NCBI GenBank assembly: GCA_031422395.1
Contig: JANPLQ010000152.1
Location: 11,725 to 75,724 of the forward strand
Length of the DNA stretch: 64,000 bases
From: Ilumatobacteraceae bacterium
Lineage (GTDB): Bacteria > Actinomycetota > Acidimicrobiia > Acidimicrobiales > Ilumatobacteraceae
Direction of reading: 5' to 3'
The position numbers were made by a program, and so were the translations under genes. Shown here one piece after another: positions 45,718 through 55,205 of the stretch (its first letter is position 1; the number at the start of each line of letters is the position of its first letter). Under the pieces are notes generated by a model. That model did no database searches. It was not told the DNA's origin and was given only the letters and a program-made list of their open reading frames with translations.

Positions 45718-46347
45718 CTAGCCCTCGTGATCGGTGTGTTCGAGCAGGGCGCGAACGAGCAGTCGGAATGGTCCTTCGAGATCAGTGGCGGTGCCGTCGA
45801 TCTGCGAGGCGATGAACAATCCGTCGGCGGCGGCCATCGACAGCGTCGACATTTGCTCGACGAGCCGATCGTCGGCATCGACACCCGACTCGTCGAGCAG
45901 ACGTCGAAACGTCGAGCGCAGCTGGGCTTGTGTGCGTTTGCGACTGTCGATGAACCGCTGGCGGGCAGCAGGTTCGACTTCGCGCCGCTCCAACGACAGC
46001 ATCAATCCGAGCCGGAGGAAGTCGGGATTGCGAGTCAGCGCGACCACGTCCTGTGCCATCAGCGCAGCGATGTGTTCGCTGCGCCTTACGCCCCCCGGAG
46101 GTTCCGTCCAGATCACGGCGTCGCCCGCCCACGCTGCAAAGCTTCTGTCGATGACGGCCGCCAGCAATTGGTCCTTACTGGCGAAGTGCCAGTAGATCGA
46201 ACTCATCGACACGTCAGCGCGTTTGGCGATCAGGGCCACAGTCGCTCCGTCGTATCCACGTTCGGCGGCGAGCTCGATGGCGGCGTCGAGCAGGCGCTGG
46301 CGCGTCTCGTCACCCTGCCGGTGTCGTCGCTGTGTTTTCGGTGCCAC
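45718..46347 (-). CDS. TetR family transcriptional regulator
   Basis: RLLDAAIELAAERGYDGATVALIAKRADVSMSSIYWHFASKDQLL is the TetR HTH. Confidence 0.9.
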   Translation of the reverse strand: MAPKTQRRHRQGDETRQRLLDAAIELAAERGYDGATVALIAKRADVSMSSIYWHFASKDQLLAAVIDRSFAAWAGDAVIWTEPPGGVRRSEHIAALMAQDVVALTRNPDFLRLGLMLSLERREVEPAARQRFIDSRKRTQAQLRSTFRRLLDESGVDADDRLVEQMSTLSMAAADGLFIASQIDGTATDLEGPFRLLVRALLEHTDHEG

Positions 46348-46383
46348 GGCTCTTGTATAGCGGAATGCAATCGTCTACGCTCA

Positions 46384-46401
46384 CTGGAGCGGTTACTCCA
46401 G
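46384..46401. promoter_or_regulatory. Small inverted repeat in the TetR / monooxygenase divergent region (candidate operator)
   Basis: The sequence is ctggag-cggtta-ctccag. It is short and therefore weak evidence. Confidence 0.25.
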
Positions 46402-46444
46402 AGAAGGGAGAACCACCGACACCGTTCGAACCAGGAGGTCAGAC

Positions 46445-47632
46445 ATGACGGCGGTTGATTCAGACATGACATTGGTTGATGTAGCACGATCGATGGCTGA
46501 CGAGATCGCTGGCGAGGCAACAGCCAACGACGAGCTACGTCGGCTCACTGACCATTCATGGAAACTGCTCCTCACCAACGGCATCACGCGAGCCCTCCAG
46601 CCTGCTCGCTGGGGCGGCGGTGAGGTGCACCCCAACGTGTTTGCCGACACAATCGTCGAGGTCTCCCGAGCGTCCGGTTCTGCCGGATGGGTCGCTGGCG
46701 TGATCGCCGTGCATCCATGGCAGTTAGCCCTGTTCTCCGAAAAGGCACAGCAGGAAATGTGGGGTGATGACCCGTCGACGATGCACTCTTCGTCGTACGC
46801 CCCGGTGGGCAAGGTCACGCCGGCACCCGGCGGATACCGCTTGTCAGGTCGTTGGTCGTTCTCGTCAGGATGCGATCACTGTCACGGTGCCAACCTCGGA
46901 GCGATTGCCGGGTTTCGCGAGATCGGCCCGATCACGGTTCCCGACTTTCGTTCGTTCCTGCTCTATCCGGGCCAGTACACGATCATCGACAACTGGCACA
47001 CCTCAGGAGCCAAGGGCACTGGCAGCAAAGACATCGTCGTCGACGACGTATTCGTGCCCGAGTACCGCACCCAGTCGCACGTCGACTACTTCTTCGACCT
47101 CCCGCTCCCCGGGTGGGCGCTCAACGACGGGCCGCTCTACCGAATGCCCTGGTCGGTGCTGTTCAACTACGCCCTGGCGGCCTCGGTATTCGGGACCGCC
47201 GTCGGTTACGTCGATACGTGGACACAACTGACCGCCGATCGAGTCGCCATCAACGGCACGCCATTTCGCGACGATGCCCTGACACAGCACCGGTTGGCGC
47301 TGGCGAGCCATGACATCGACTCGGCGATTGCGCTGATGCACTCAGATCTTCAGGAGGCGTGGGAATCTTCGGTCGCCGGGGTTCCCGTGCCACGTGATCG
47401 GCGTGCATCGATGAGGTTTCATGCCAATAACAGCGCCGCGATCGTCGGGCGAACGGTCAACGAACTGCACCACGGTGCCAGCGGCCGGTCGATCTTCTCC
47501 GATCACGCATTGCAGCGCGGCTACCAGGACGTGCAGGGCTTCCTCGGTCACACATTCCTCGCTGCTGACGATCTCGGGCGGGCGCTCGCGTCGATGCGTC
47601 TCGGCGGCCAGCCGGTCGAGGCGCTGCTGTGA
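46445..47632 (+). CDS. Flavin-dependent monooxygenase, oxygenase subunit of the HsaA / acyl-CoA-dehydrogenase-fold two-component type
   Basis: ELRRLTDHSWKLL...LQPARWGGGE...SAGWVAGVIAVHPWQLALFSEKAQQEMWGDDPST..SSSYAPVGK...GRWSFSSGCDH closely follows the HsaA blocks I remember from mycobacteria. A GGAGG RBS precedes the ATG. Confidence 0.8.
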   Translation: MTAVDSDMTLVDVARSMADEIAGEATANDELRRLTDHSWKLLLTNGITRALQPARWGGGEVHPNVFADTIVEVSRASGSAGWVAGVIAVHPWQLALFSEKAQQEMWGDDPSTMHSSSYAPVGKVTPAPGGYRLSGRWSFSSGCDHCHGANLGAIAGFREIGPITVPDFRSFLLYPGQYTIIDNWHTSGAKGTGSKDIVVDDVFVPEYRTQSHVDYFFDLPLPGWALNDGPLYRMPWSVLFNYALAASVFGTAVGYVDTWTQLTADRVAINGTPFRDDALTQHRLALASHDIDSAIALMHSDLQEAWESSVAGVPVPRDRRASMRFHANNSAAIVGRTVNELHHGASGRSIFSDHALQRGYQDVQGFLGHTFLAADDLGRALASMRLGGQPVEALL

Positions 47633-48504
47633 GCGAGATTTCATCCAGCATCTCGACCAGCGACATCGCAGTCGGCGAGTACAGCTTTCAGGTCAGCCAA
47701 TCCGGCACACCAGGCAACGAAGCCATCCTGTGGCTGCACGGGTCCGGGCCTGGTGCCACCGCGTTGTCGAACTGGGAAAAGGCACTCCTGGCTTTCGGCG
47801 ATCGCTACCACTGCATCGCCCCTGACATCATCGGATTCGGCGACTCGACCCACCCGACCGATCCGCCCCGCGGGATGCGCGCATTTGGCGATCTCCGTGT
47901 CGCGACATTGCTCGGGTTGCTCGACACGCTCGGCCTCGACCGCGTGCACCTCGTCGGCAACTCGATGGGCGGCATGCTGTCGGTGTTGATGACGCTCGCT
48001 GCTCCGGACCGCTTCGATCGGATTGTCCTGATGGGTTCCGGTGGCGCTCCCGTTCCGCCGACTCCCGATCTGATCAAGATGGTCAGCTTCTACGACGATC
48101 CATCTGTCGAAGCGATGGAGGACCTGCTGACCCGGTTCGTCTACGAACCGGCGACGTTCGGCGACGAGCTGCGCCAGATTGCCGAAGCGCGACTCCCACG
48201 AGTGACGCGAGCCGACGTGAGACGTTCACACTTGGCAACGTTCGACTTCGCCGCCGGGCCGCCAATCGGATTCACGCCCGAACAGCTAGCCACGATCGAA
48301 CAGAACGTATTAATTGTCCACGGACGAGACGACCGGATCATCCCGGTCGCCGCGAGTTACTGGTTTCTCGAACACCTGCCGCACGCCGAGCTGCACGTGT
48401 TCGGGCAATGCGGCCACTGGACACAGATCGAACAACCCGACCGGTTCCACGCAACACTTGCCGCGTTTCTCAATCTGGATCTCACGGCAAGGAGCACATC
48501 ATGA
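47629..48504 (+). CDS. Meta-cleavage-product (C-C bond) hydrolase, HsaD/BphD-like alpha/beta hydrolase
   Basis: LWLHGSGPGA..SNW, the nucleophile elbow GNSMGG and a distal HGRDD...CGHW are present. The gene has a GTGA overlap with the upstream gene. Confidence 0.8.
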   Translation: MSEISSSISTSDIAVGEYSFQVSQSGTPGNEAILWLHGSGPGATALSNWEKALLAFGDRYHCIAPDIIGFGDSTHPTDPPRGMRAFGDLRVATLLGLLDTLGLDRVHLVGNSMGGMLSVLMTLAAPDRFDRIVLMGSGGAPVPPTPDLIKMVSFYDDPSVEAMEDLLTRFVYEPATFGDELRQIAEARLPRVTRADVRRSHLATFDFAAGPPIGFTPEQLATIEQNVLIVHGRDDRIIPVAASYWFLEHLPHAELHVFGQCGHWTQIEQPDRFHATLAAFLNLDLTARSTS

Positions 48505-49388
48505 CCAACCTCGAACTCGCCTACGTCGTGATCGAGACCGACCAGGCCGAGGCCGTCGGATCGATGCTGACCGACATCGTCGGATTCGCACCAGGCAACG
48601 AGATCGACGGAACGCGATCGTTCAGGAACGACGATCGGGAGAGCCGTATCGTCCTGCAGCCCGGACCTTCCAATGACGTGACGGCGATGGGTATCGATGC
48701 AGGCACGATCGAGACGATGTCGGCCGTCGTCGACCGATTGCGGTCGCACGGCTACGGGGTGACCGAGAGTACCGAATCCGAGCGCAACCAACGGCAGGTC
48801 GGTACGATGTTTCACACTGTCGCGCCGTGGGGAGTTCCGATCGAGCTCGTCACCGACCAACGGCCGGCGAGTGCGCCGCTCGACACGCCGCTCGTGCCGG
48901 GCGGCTTTCTGACCAACGGCGTCGGGTTCGGACATTGCGTGTTCTTCGTCACAGATCTCGAGGCGGCTCACCGGTTCTCGGTCGATGGACTCGGGTTTAA
49001 GCAGACCGACTCGCTCGGTTTCGAGGTCGCCCCAGGAGTCGAAGTCAGGGGGCGTTTCTACCACTGCAATCCGCGGCACCACACGATGGCACTCGTGCAA
49101 CCGCCGATGCCGCCCCCGTTCAAGCTGCATCACATCATGGTCGAGGTCAACGACCGAGACGATGTCGGTGCCGCCTTCGACCGCGCATACGCTGCCGGCA
49201 CGCCGATTGCCAATGGTCTCGGCAAGCATCCAAACGACCACATGTTCAGCTGCTACCTGCAGTCACCGATCAACTTTCAGGTCGAAGTCGGCTATGGAGG
49301 CAAACTCGTCGGCCCCGATTGGGACCAAGACATCAAGTACGACCGAATCAGCGCGTGGGGCCACCAACCCGTAGCGCGAGCCGGTTAA
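48501..49388 (+). CDS. Type I extradiol ring-cleavage dioxygenase (HsaC/BphC-like, two VOC modules)
   Basis: LAYVVIET..., GFGHCVFFVTDLEAA, HHTMAL and LHHIMVEV indicate a two-module extradiol layout. ATG 48501 overlaps the upstream TGA (ATGA). Confidence 0.8.
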   Translation: MTNLELAYVVIETDQAEAVGSMLTDIVGFAPGNEIDGTRSFRNDDRESRIVLQPGPSNDVTAMGIDAGTIETMSAVVDRLRSHGYGVTESTESERNQRQVGTMFHTVAPWGVPIELVTDQRPASAPLDTPLVPGGFLTNGVGFGHCVFFVTDLEAAHRFSVDGLGFKQTDSLGFEVAPGVEVRGRFYHCNPRHHTMALVQPPMPPPFKLHHIMVEVNDRDDVGAAFDRAYAAGTPIANGLGKHPNDHMFSCYLQSPINFQVEVGYGGKLVGPDWDQDIKYDRISAWGHQPVARAG

Positions 49389-49393
49389 CTGCG

Positions 49394-50578
49394 TCAGTTG
49401 CTAGCAGGTTTCACTTTCACGGTGCAGGTTGCAAGGCCTCGGATGACGTTGTTGATAGCTCGCGACGACTCGATCAGCTCGAATCGTTCCACTTTCGGCA
49501 ACAGCGCCTCGAGCAGCGCCCGCATCTCCATTCGGGCGAGGTGACCACCGGGGCAGGCGTGGCTCCCGTGCCCGAGTGAGAGATGATCGCCGGCATTGAA
49601 GCGCTCGATATCGAACCTCGTCGGGTCAGCGAAGTGCCTATCGTCGCGGTTGGCTGAGCCGTACAGCACCAGCGTTCGTGAACCTGCCGGAATCGGGATT
49701 CCGTCCAACTCATAATTCTCGGTCGTGAAGCGCGAGAAACCCTGGATGACCGACTCGATCCTCAGCACCTCGTTGATCGCATCCGGCACCAGTTCGGGCC
49801 GTCGGCGCAGCAACGCCCACTGATCAGGGTGCCTGGCAAACAGCCAGATCATGTTGGTCGTCGAATGAATCGTCGTGTCAAGCGCAGGGCCGAGGTAGTT
49901 GTTGATTTGGATCTGAGGCTCATGCGCCGCCAGGTCACCGCGGTCGGCGGCATCCCACAAACCCGCCGACCAGCTCCCGGGAGTCACCTTTTCGCGGGTG
50001 CACTCCTGCTCGACAAATGCGTTCATCTCCTCGATCAACGGGAACGATGCGATCGTCCGCTGGTTGATCGGCCCGATCGTGTTGAATGCGGCGCTGGCCC
50101 ACTCGACCAAGCGATCGCGACCAGCTTCTGGCACACCGACCAGGCTCCCAACGATCGTGACCGGCAGGTGGTGTGCGAACTCGCCGGCTGCATCGAACGT
50201 CTCCCCCGCCACAACCCTGTCGACCAATGCCACAGCCTCTGACTCGATGTATGACCTCACATCCGTGAGCGCCTTCAGCGTCAACGGTGCGGCAACAACG
50301 ACGCGCTGACGGGCGTGCTGTTCACCGTCGGTACACAACATCACTCGGCCGCCGAGCGCTTGATTGATCGGATCGTTCATCATCACGCCGTGCGCAGAGG
50401 AGAACACCTTCCAGGTGCGGAGCGCCTCGCGGCATCCGTCGTAGCGTGGCAGCACGTACGCCTGATGCGCTTCCATCCAGACCGCTGCTCCCTGCGATCG
50501 AAGCTCGTCATACACCTCATACGGATCGTTGAGCAGTTCGTCGCTATAGAGATCGTGGGCGGTAGTCGGTGCTTGCAT
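49394..50578 (-). CDS. Cytochrome P450
   Basis: The heme loop is LSLGHGSHACPGGHLAR, ExxR is EVLRIES, and the I-helix-like block is GPALDTT. The start is set at ATG 50578 with a GAGGA RBS; the track's TTG is at 50593. Confidence 0.9.
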   Translation of the reverse strand: MQAPTTAHDLYSDELLNDPYEVYDELRSQGAAVWMEAHQAYVLPRYDGCREALRTWKVFSSAHGVMMNDPINQALGGRVMLCTDGEQHARQRVVVAAPLTLKALTDVRSYIESEAVALVDRVVAGETFDAAGEFAHHLPVTIVGSLVGVPEAGRDRLVEWASAAFNTIGPINQRTIASFPLIEEMNAFVEQECTREKVTPGSWSAGLWDAADRGDLAAHEPQIQINNYLGPALDTTIHSTTNMIWLFARHPDQWALLRRRPELVPDAINEVLRIESVIQGFSRFTTENYELDGIPIPAGSRTLVLYGSANRDDRHFADPTRFDIERFNAGDHLSLGHGSHACPGGHLARMEMRALLEALLPKVERFELIESSRAINNVIRGLATCTVKVKPASN

Positions 50579-50589
50579 TGGCTGTCCTC

Positions 50590-51741
50590 TCAAGTCAGCG
50601 TGTCGAATGTTTCGGCGATCCAGTCGGCAATGAAGTCTCGAGCGTTGGCAAGGTTGTCGCAGCTCACGTGTTCGACCCCGCCGGTGCGTTCGTCGAAGAT
50701 CTTCAACTCTCGTTTCGGCGAGTTGACGAGTTGGTCGTACGTCTGGTGCGCATAGTCGACATTGATCTGGCGGTCTTTGGCACCGTGCGTGACGAGCAAC
50801 GGGACTCGGATTCGGTCGAGCACGCCGTCAAGCGTCACCCGTTCGCTGATCGCCAGGAAGTCATCGAGGTCGGAGGCACCCCACGCCCACATCACGTGCG
50901 CCCAATAGTGCGGGACCGGGTTCTCGCCTTCGCGTCGCATTCGCTGGCGCTGCACCTCACCCCAATTGTGGTTGGCGCCCCACACTGCGCCCAGCGCGAA
51001 TCGTGGTTCGAAGGCAACGGCGCGCGGGACGTAATACCCTCCCAAGGAGATGCCCGTCAGACCGATCCGGGCCGCATCGACGTCATCGCGGGTTTCGAGA
51101 TAGTCGACGACGACCGAGGCCCAGGCTTCCGAGTTGTGCACCGCCGGCATCGCATACGTGCGCAGCGCCTCGCCACTACCGGGTTGGTCGATGTGCAGCG
51201 TCGACACACCACGTCTGGCGAGCTCACGACCCAGCCTGGTCCAGACGAGCATCTCCTTCGACGAATCGAGACCGTTGACGAACACCATCGTGGGATGTGG
51301 ACCGTCAGACCCAGCCGATGTGAACCAGCCGGCGATCACACCAGGGCCGTATGGAATCTCGACGCGGTCCAGATTGTCGCCACCAAGCGTCGCCGCTCGG
51401 CGAAAGGCATCCTGACCCTGACGGAACACTTCCATTCGTCCGGGTGCGCCATGAGGTTGCATGCGCTCGGCCGTCTGGTAATACAACGAGGCGCGGTGCA
51501 GTTTGGTGCTCGCCGACAATCTCCGACCGAGCGCCTCGTCCTCTCCAGCAAGTTCGCTCAGCCTGTCAGCCATGTGTTGCCAGCGGACCATGAAATCGGC
51601 GGTCCCCACATCGGATCCTTGGGCGGCGGCCTCACGAAGGGGCCGACACATCTCGTCGATTTCGCCGATCTGGGCACCGCTCTCGATGGCGATCGCCACC
51701 GACAGGTTCCACACGTAGTTGCCAGGGAAGTACTCGAACAT
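50590..51741 (-). CDS. Alpha/beta hydrolase with a ~110-aa N-terminal helical extension
   Basis: The nucleophile elbow is GISLGGYY and a distal HGAKD is present. The subfamily is uncertain. Confidence 0.7.
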   Translation of the reverse strand: MFEYFPGNYVWNLSVAIAIESGAQIGEIDEMCRPLREAAAQGSDVGTADFMVRWQHMADRLSELAGEDEALGRRLSASTKLHRASLYYQTAERMQPHGAPGRMEVFRQGQDAFRRAATLGGDNLDRVEIPYGPGVIAGWFTSAGSDGPHPTMVFVNGLDSSKEMLVWTRLGRELARRGVSTLHIDQPGSGEALRTYAMPAVHNSEAWASVVVDYLETRDDVDAARIGLTGISLGGYYVPRAVAFEPRFALGAVWGANHNWGEVQRQRMRREGENPVPHYWAHVMWAWGASDLDDFLAISERVTLDGVLDRIRVPLLVTHGAKDRQINVDYAHQTYDQLVNSPKRELKIFDERTGGVEHVSCDNLANARDFIADWIAETFDTLT

Positions 51742-51755
51742 CGCGCCGAACCGAC

Positions 51756-52694
51756 TTATCGAGGGGGCGCCACGAACATGCCGCGGTCGGGAGTGTTGAA
51801 CGACTTGGCCGCCACATCAGGCCCCATCGGGTTCGCCGTGCCCCACTGGTCGGCAACGTTGGGCATAGCCAGGCTGTATTCGTGCGGCACCCACGTAGCC
51901 TCGTCGATCACGTTCATCTCGGTCGTGTACTCGACCGTGTTGCCGACCGGGTCGAGGAAATAGGAGAACGCGTTGTCACCGGCAAGATGACGACCAGGCC
52001 CCCACACCAACTCCGTCCCAGCGCGCTTGACCCGGCCAGTACCGAGCAGGTACTCGTTGAGGCCGCGCATCTCGAACGACAGATGATGCAGCGAGGGGTG
52101 CATGCACCGGACGATCGCGATCGAGTGATGCTGCGAGTTGCAACGCAGGAACCACATCAGGTTGCCCATCCCTGGCAACGTCAAGATGTCGGAAACGGCG
52201 AAGCCAAGTTGGTCGACATAGAAATCAACCGACGCTTCCGGTTGAGCAGAGTTCAAGACGACATGCGAGAGCTTGACGGGGATGTCCTCACCGAGGCCCA
52301 ACTCACGAGGCACGCGGGAGTCGACATCGGACGCGACTTCGAGCGTGCGACCCTCGCTGTCGAAGAACCGGAATCCATAGCCACCACCAGGACCTCCGAT
52401 CGCACTCGGTTCTGATACAAGCTTGACGCCGGCAGATCCGAGTTGGGTCGCGAGGGTGTCGACGTCTGCTCGATCCTTGGCGCCGAAAGCGACAACATCG
52501 ATTCGCTTCTCGTCGGCCGATCTGAGCCGCATGATGTACGGCTCGGTCGAGCCCTCAGCGGCCAGGTAGCTCACGTCCCCGTCGTCTCCGACCACCGACA
52601 GCCCCCACGTATCGCTGAAGAAACCCCGGGCGACATCGAAGTCAGGAACCGCCAAATCGACGTGACGCAGGTGAGTAATCAAACGGTCAGGCAT
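51756..52694 (-). CDS. Extradiol ring-cleavage dioxygenase (VOC superfamily, catechol 2,3-dioxygenase-like)
   Basis: LRHVDLAVPDFDVARGFF, LSHVVLNS and HHSIAI...LHHLSFE indicate a two-module pattern with metal ligands. Confidence 0.8.
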   Translation of the reverse strand: MPDRLITHLRHVDLAVPDFDVARGFFSDTWGLSVVGDDGDVSYLAAEGSTEPYIMRLRSADEKRIDVVAFGAKDRADVDTLATQLGSAGVKLVSEPSAIGGPGGGYGFRFFDSEGRTLEVASDVDSRVPRELGLGEDIPVKLSHVVLNSAQPEASVDFYVDQLGFAVSDILTLPGMGNLMWFLRCNSQHHSIAIVRCMHPSLHHLSFEMRGLNEYLLGTGRVKRAGTELVWGPGRHLAGDNAFSYFLDPVGNTVEYTTEMNVIDEATWVPHEYSLAMPNVADQWGTANPMGPDVAAKSFNTPDRGMFVAPPR

Positions 52695-52757
52695 ACGGTG
52701 CAGCTCTCTTGCTCAATGGTCATTGATCAACACTCCAATCGTGATGGCCGGCGGCGA

Positions 52758-52920
52758 GGGAAGCGCCAGCGACGAGCCGCACGGAGGGAGCAGCCAAAGC
52801 GAAGCGGAGGCCAGTCCCGACCACCAAGAACGGGAAGCGCCAGCCGTCGACGAAACAGCACAGAGCCGCATGGAGGGAGCAGCCAAAGCGAAGCGGAGGC
52901 CAGTCCCGACCATCGAAACG
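52758..52920. repeat. Tandem direct duplication (74-bp and 89-bp units) in the intergenic region between two co-directional catabolic genes
   Basis: A 50-nt block gagccgca(c/t)ggagggagcagccaaagcgaagcggaggccagtcccgacca occurs at 52774-52823 and 52863-52912, differing at two positions (gcac/gcat and the final base c/t). The block gggaagcgccagc occurs at 52758 and 52832. Unit 2 carries a 15-nt insertion. Confidence 0.9.
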
Positions 52921-52924
52921 TCAT

Positions 52925-54055
52925 TCATGCGGGCTCCATCAGGGTCGAGGCGGTACCGGCGATCAAGCCGGGCACGTTGGCCTCTCGATTGTGTTCGAGC
53001 AACCAAGTGCAGAGTTGAACCGAGGCATCGACCACGGTGCGAACCCGTGAATACCTGCGTTCGGCGAAGGTGTTGAGTAACTGATCATCGACGCGACGTT
53101 CAGCCAGCAGCAATTCGGCCAACACCGACGCGTCCTCCAACGCCATTGCTCCACCCTGAGCCAGCGTCGGCGGGCACGAATGTGCAGCATCCCCGATCAG
53201 TACGACTCGCCCGCGGTGCCACGGGGCATCCAACAGGTGGCTGTCGAAATGCGTGTAACTGATCTGATCGGGATTGTCGAGCCGCTCACTGATGTCATCC
53301 CATGGGCCGTGGTAGTGCGACGCCAACCCGCGCACGATCTCGAGCGCGCCGGTCGGCGACACGCCGGAGCGATCGGTTGCGTCCTCCACCAGGTAGGCGT
53401 ACATCGACCTGTCACTGGTTGGGCAGTAACCGGCGATGTAGCAGTGGCCGCCGTAGAACAAGTCGGTTCGGACGATCGAGTCTGGGCGTTCGCAGAAGAT
53501 TCGCCAGATTCCCATCCCAATCGGCTTCGGCCCAGATTCGATCCCCAGCAATTCACGCGTATGGGAATGCACGCCGTCTGCTCCGATCACGAGGTCGTAT
53601 GTCGCCTCGGTTGCGTCAGAGAACTGGACAGCGACCGAGTCGGATCGGGGTTCAAGCGCCGTCACCGTCGTGCCGAATCGGAGGTTGACGCCGTCAAGCT
53701 CTGCCCGGTCGATGAGGATTTGTGCCAGTTCGGGACGCCGCATGCCGAGCGTGGCGGGAAGGTCTAACCCGCCGAGCTTGAAGTCCGGAAACTCCGCCAC
53801 AACGCTCCCGTCGGGCGCCCTCAAACCAAGCATGTCAAAGCCGAACCCCTGACTGAGAACCTGGTCGATGACTCCCAGCTCTCGAAGTACACGAAGCGCA
53901 TTGCCTTGCAACGTGATGCCCGAGCCAATCGTGGTCACGGCGTCTTTGACCTCGACCAGGTCGACGTTCACGCCTGCTCGGCTGAGCAGGGTCGCCGCCG
54001 CAGTTCCAGCCAGGCCACCTCCGATCACCAGCACGTTGTCGAGGTTGGCTGTCAT
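52925..54055 (-). CDS. FAD-dependent aromatic-ring monooxygenase (group A flavoprotein hydroxylase)
   Basis: The dinucleotide motif is VLVIGGGLAGTAAA, followed by a DG motif region and LIGDAAH. The start is set at ATG 54055, preceded by AAGGA. The track extension to 54112 overlaps the upstream gene. Confidence 0.85.
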   Translation of the reverse strand: MTANLDNVLVIGGGLAGTAAATLLSRAGVNVDLVEVKDAVTTIGSGITLQGNALRVLRELGVIDQVLSQGFGFDMLGLRAPDGSVVAEFPDFKLGGLDLPATLGMRRPELAQILIDRAELDGVNLRFGTTVTALEPRSDSVAVQFSDATEATYDLVIGADGVHSHTRELLGIESGPKPIGMGIWRIFCERPDSIVRTDLFYGGHCYIAGYCPTSDRSMYAYLVEDATDRSGVSPTGALEIVRGLASHYHGPWDDISERLDNPDQISYTHFDSHLLDAPWHRGRVVLIGDAAHSCPPTLAQGGAMALEDASVLAELLLAERRVDDQLLNTFAERRYSRVRTVVDASVQLCTWLLEHNREANVPGLIAGTASTLMEPA

Positions 54056-54071
54056 GTCCTTTGATGGTCCT

Positions 54072-55049
54072 TCACTTGACGGCGATCGGGTTGACCGGTG
54101 AGCCGACGGCACCGGTAATCGGAAGCGGGGCGGCGGTCAGGAAGAACTCGTAGATGCCGTCGCCAGCGCAGTCAGCGCCGAGTTCGTCCAAGTTCCACAT
54201 TTCTCCGACGAACAGACCCATGTTCGGGATCACGACCTGATGCAACGGCTGAAAGGCGACATCGAACTCGTTCGGTCGCACCTCGAAACCCCACGTGTCG
54301 GTGGCGATCGCCGCAATCTCGCGATCGTGGAGCCAATCAGCGGTCGTGAACGACAGCCCTGGCGCCGGACCACCGGCATACTCGCCCCAGCCATCGCGGC
54401 GCGTTCTGGCGTACTGCCCGGTCCGCACAACCACGATGTCGCCGCGGCCGACTTGTGACGAGGGGCCTTGCTCGGCGATCGTTGCGTCCAGGATTTCGGT
54501 GGTGATCGCAAATCCGTCGGGCAACTCGCCGCCCGTACCGTGCTCGTCGGCGCCCGCGAATCGGCCGACGTCGAGCAGGACTCCACGGCCCACGATCAGG
54601 TCGGCGGCTGTTTCGATTCCAGTCAGGCGGTCGCCCTCGCTTGTCACCACGTCGCCGGCGCGGCGGCCGTTGTAGGCCATCCCGTGATCGAAGATGTGAC
54701 CAAGCCCATCCCATTGGGTCGAGCACTGCAACGGCATGAAGATCACATCATCGGCACCACCGATGCCATGCGGAAACCCCTGACCATGCTCGGCGTCGCG
54801 CCCCGTATCGAGCATCGTGTGAATCGGATTGGTGCGGCGCCGCCACCCCCGCTGAGGGCCGTTGCCGTCGAACGGTTGCGACAGGCTGAAGGCGTGACCG
54901 CGTTGAACCAGCCTGGCTGCTTCGCGGCGGATCACATCATCGATGAAGTTGAGCGTGCCGTGTACGTCATCAGCCCCCCAACGGCCGGCGTTGGAGTTGC
55001 GGGCCGCCGCCGTGGCGATCGCGCCCTCCGGATCAGACCTATCGATCAT
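54072..55049 (-). CDS. Putative cyclase / formamidase-like family protein
   Basis: GTLNFI..., FSLSQPF, the QCSTQWDGLGH block and the distal ATDTWGFE are as seen in cyclase-family (PF04199-like) proteins. Confidence 0.75.
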   Translation of the reverse strand: MIDRSDPEGAIATAAARNSNAGRWGADDVHGTLNFIDDVIRREAARLVQRGHAFSLSQPFDGNGPQRGWRRRTNPIHTMLDTGRDAEHGQGFPHGIGGADDVIFMPLQCSTQWDGLGHIFDHGMAYNGRRAGDVVTSEGDRLTGIETAADLIVGRGVLLDVGRFAGADEHGTGGELPDGFAITTEILDATIAEQGPSSQVGRGDIVVVRTGQYARTRRDGWGEYAGGPAPGLSFTTADWLHDREIAAIATDTWGFEVRPNEFDVAFQPLHQVVIPNMGLFVGEMWNLDELGADCAGDGIYEFFLTAAPLPITGAVGSPVNPIAVK

Positions 55050-55132
55050 GTTTCACTCACCCGACATCTCCCCATCGTGGGAAGTCTTACCGATTGACCA
55101 ACGGGCTAGGAAGGCGCAAGTCGGAATGATGC

Positions 55133-55151
55133 CTATTCGTGGGACCGATAG
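55133..55151. promoter_or_regulatory. Candidate LysR-type binding box, CTAT-N11-ATAG (contains T-N11-A), in the cyclase/LysR divergent region
   Basis: ctat (55133-55136), then tcgtgggaccg, then atag (55148-55151). The box lies about 55 nt upstream of the LysR ATG. Confidence 0.35.
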
Positions 55152-55205
55152 TTGCCTTCGGCGGAGGGCTGACGAGACGCGTACTATTCCCCTCGGAAGT
55201 CACGA

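Noticed and set aside
50569-51963. 464-aa plus-strand ORF spanning two minus-strand genes
   Set aside because: It crosses the boundary of two motif-bearing minus-strand genes (alpha/beta hydrolase and extradiol dioxygenase) and has Arg/His-rich composition, so it is a shadow ORF.
52713-53006. Small minus-strand ORFs across the 52.8-kb repeat that encode a repeated peptide (SGLASASLWLLPPCGS)
   Set aside because: The repeat offset (89 bp) is not a multiple of three, so the two copies fall in different frames of any one ORF. No RBS is present, and the ORFs overlap the 3' end of the monooxygenase gene.
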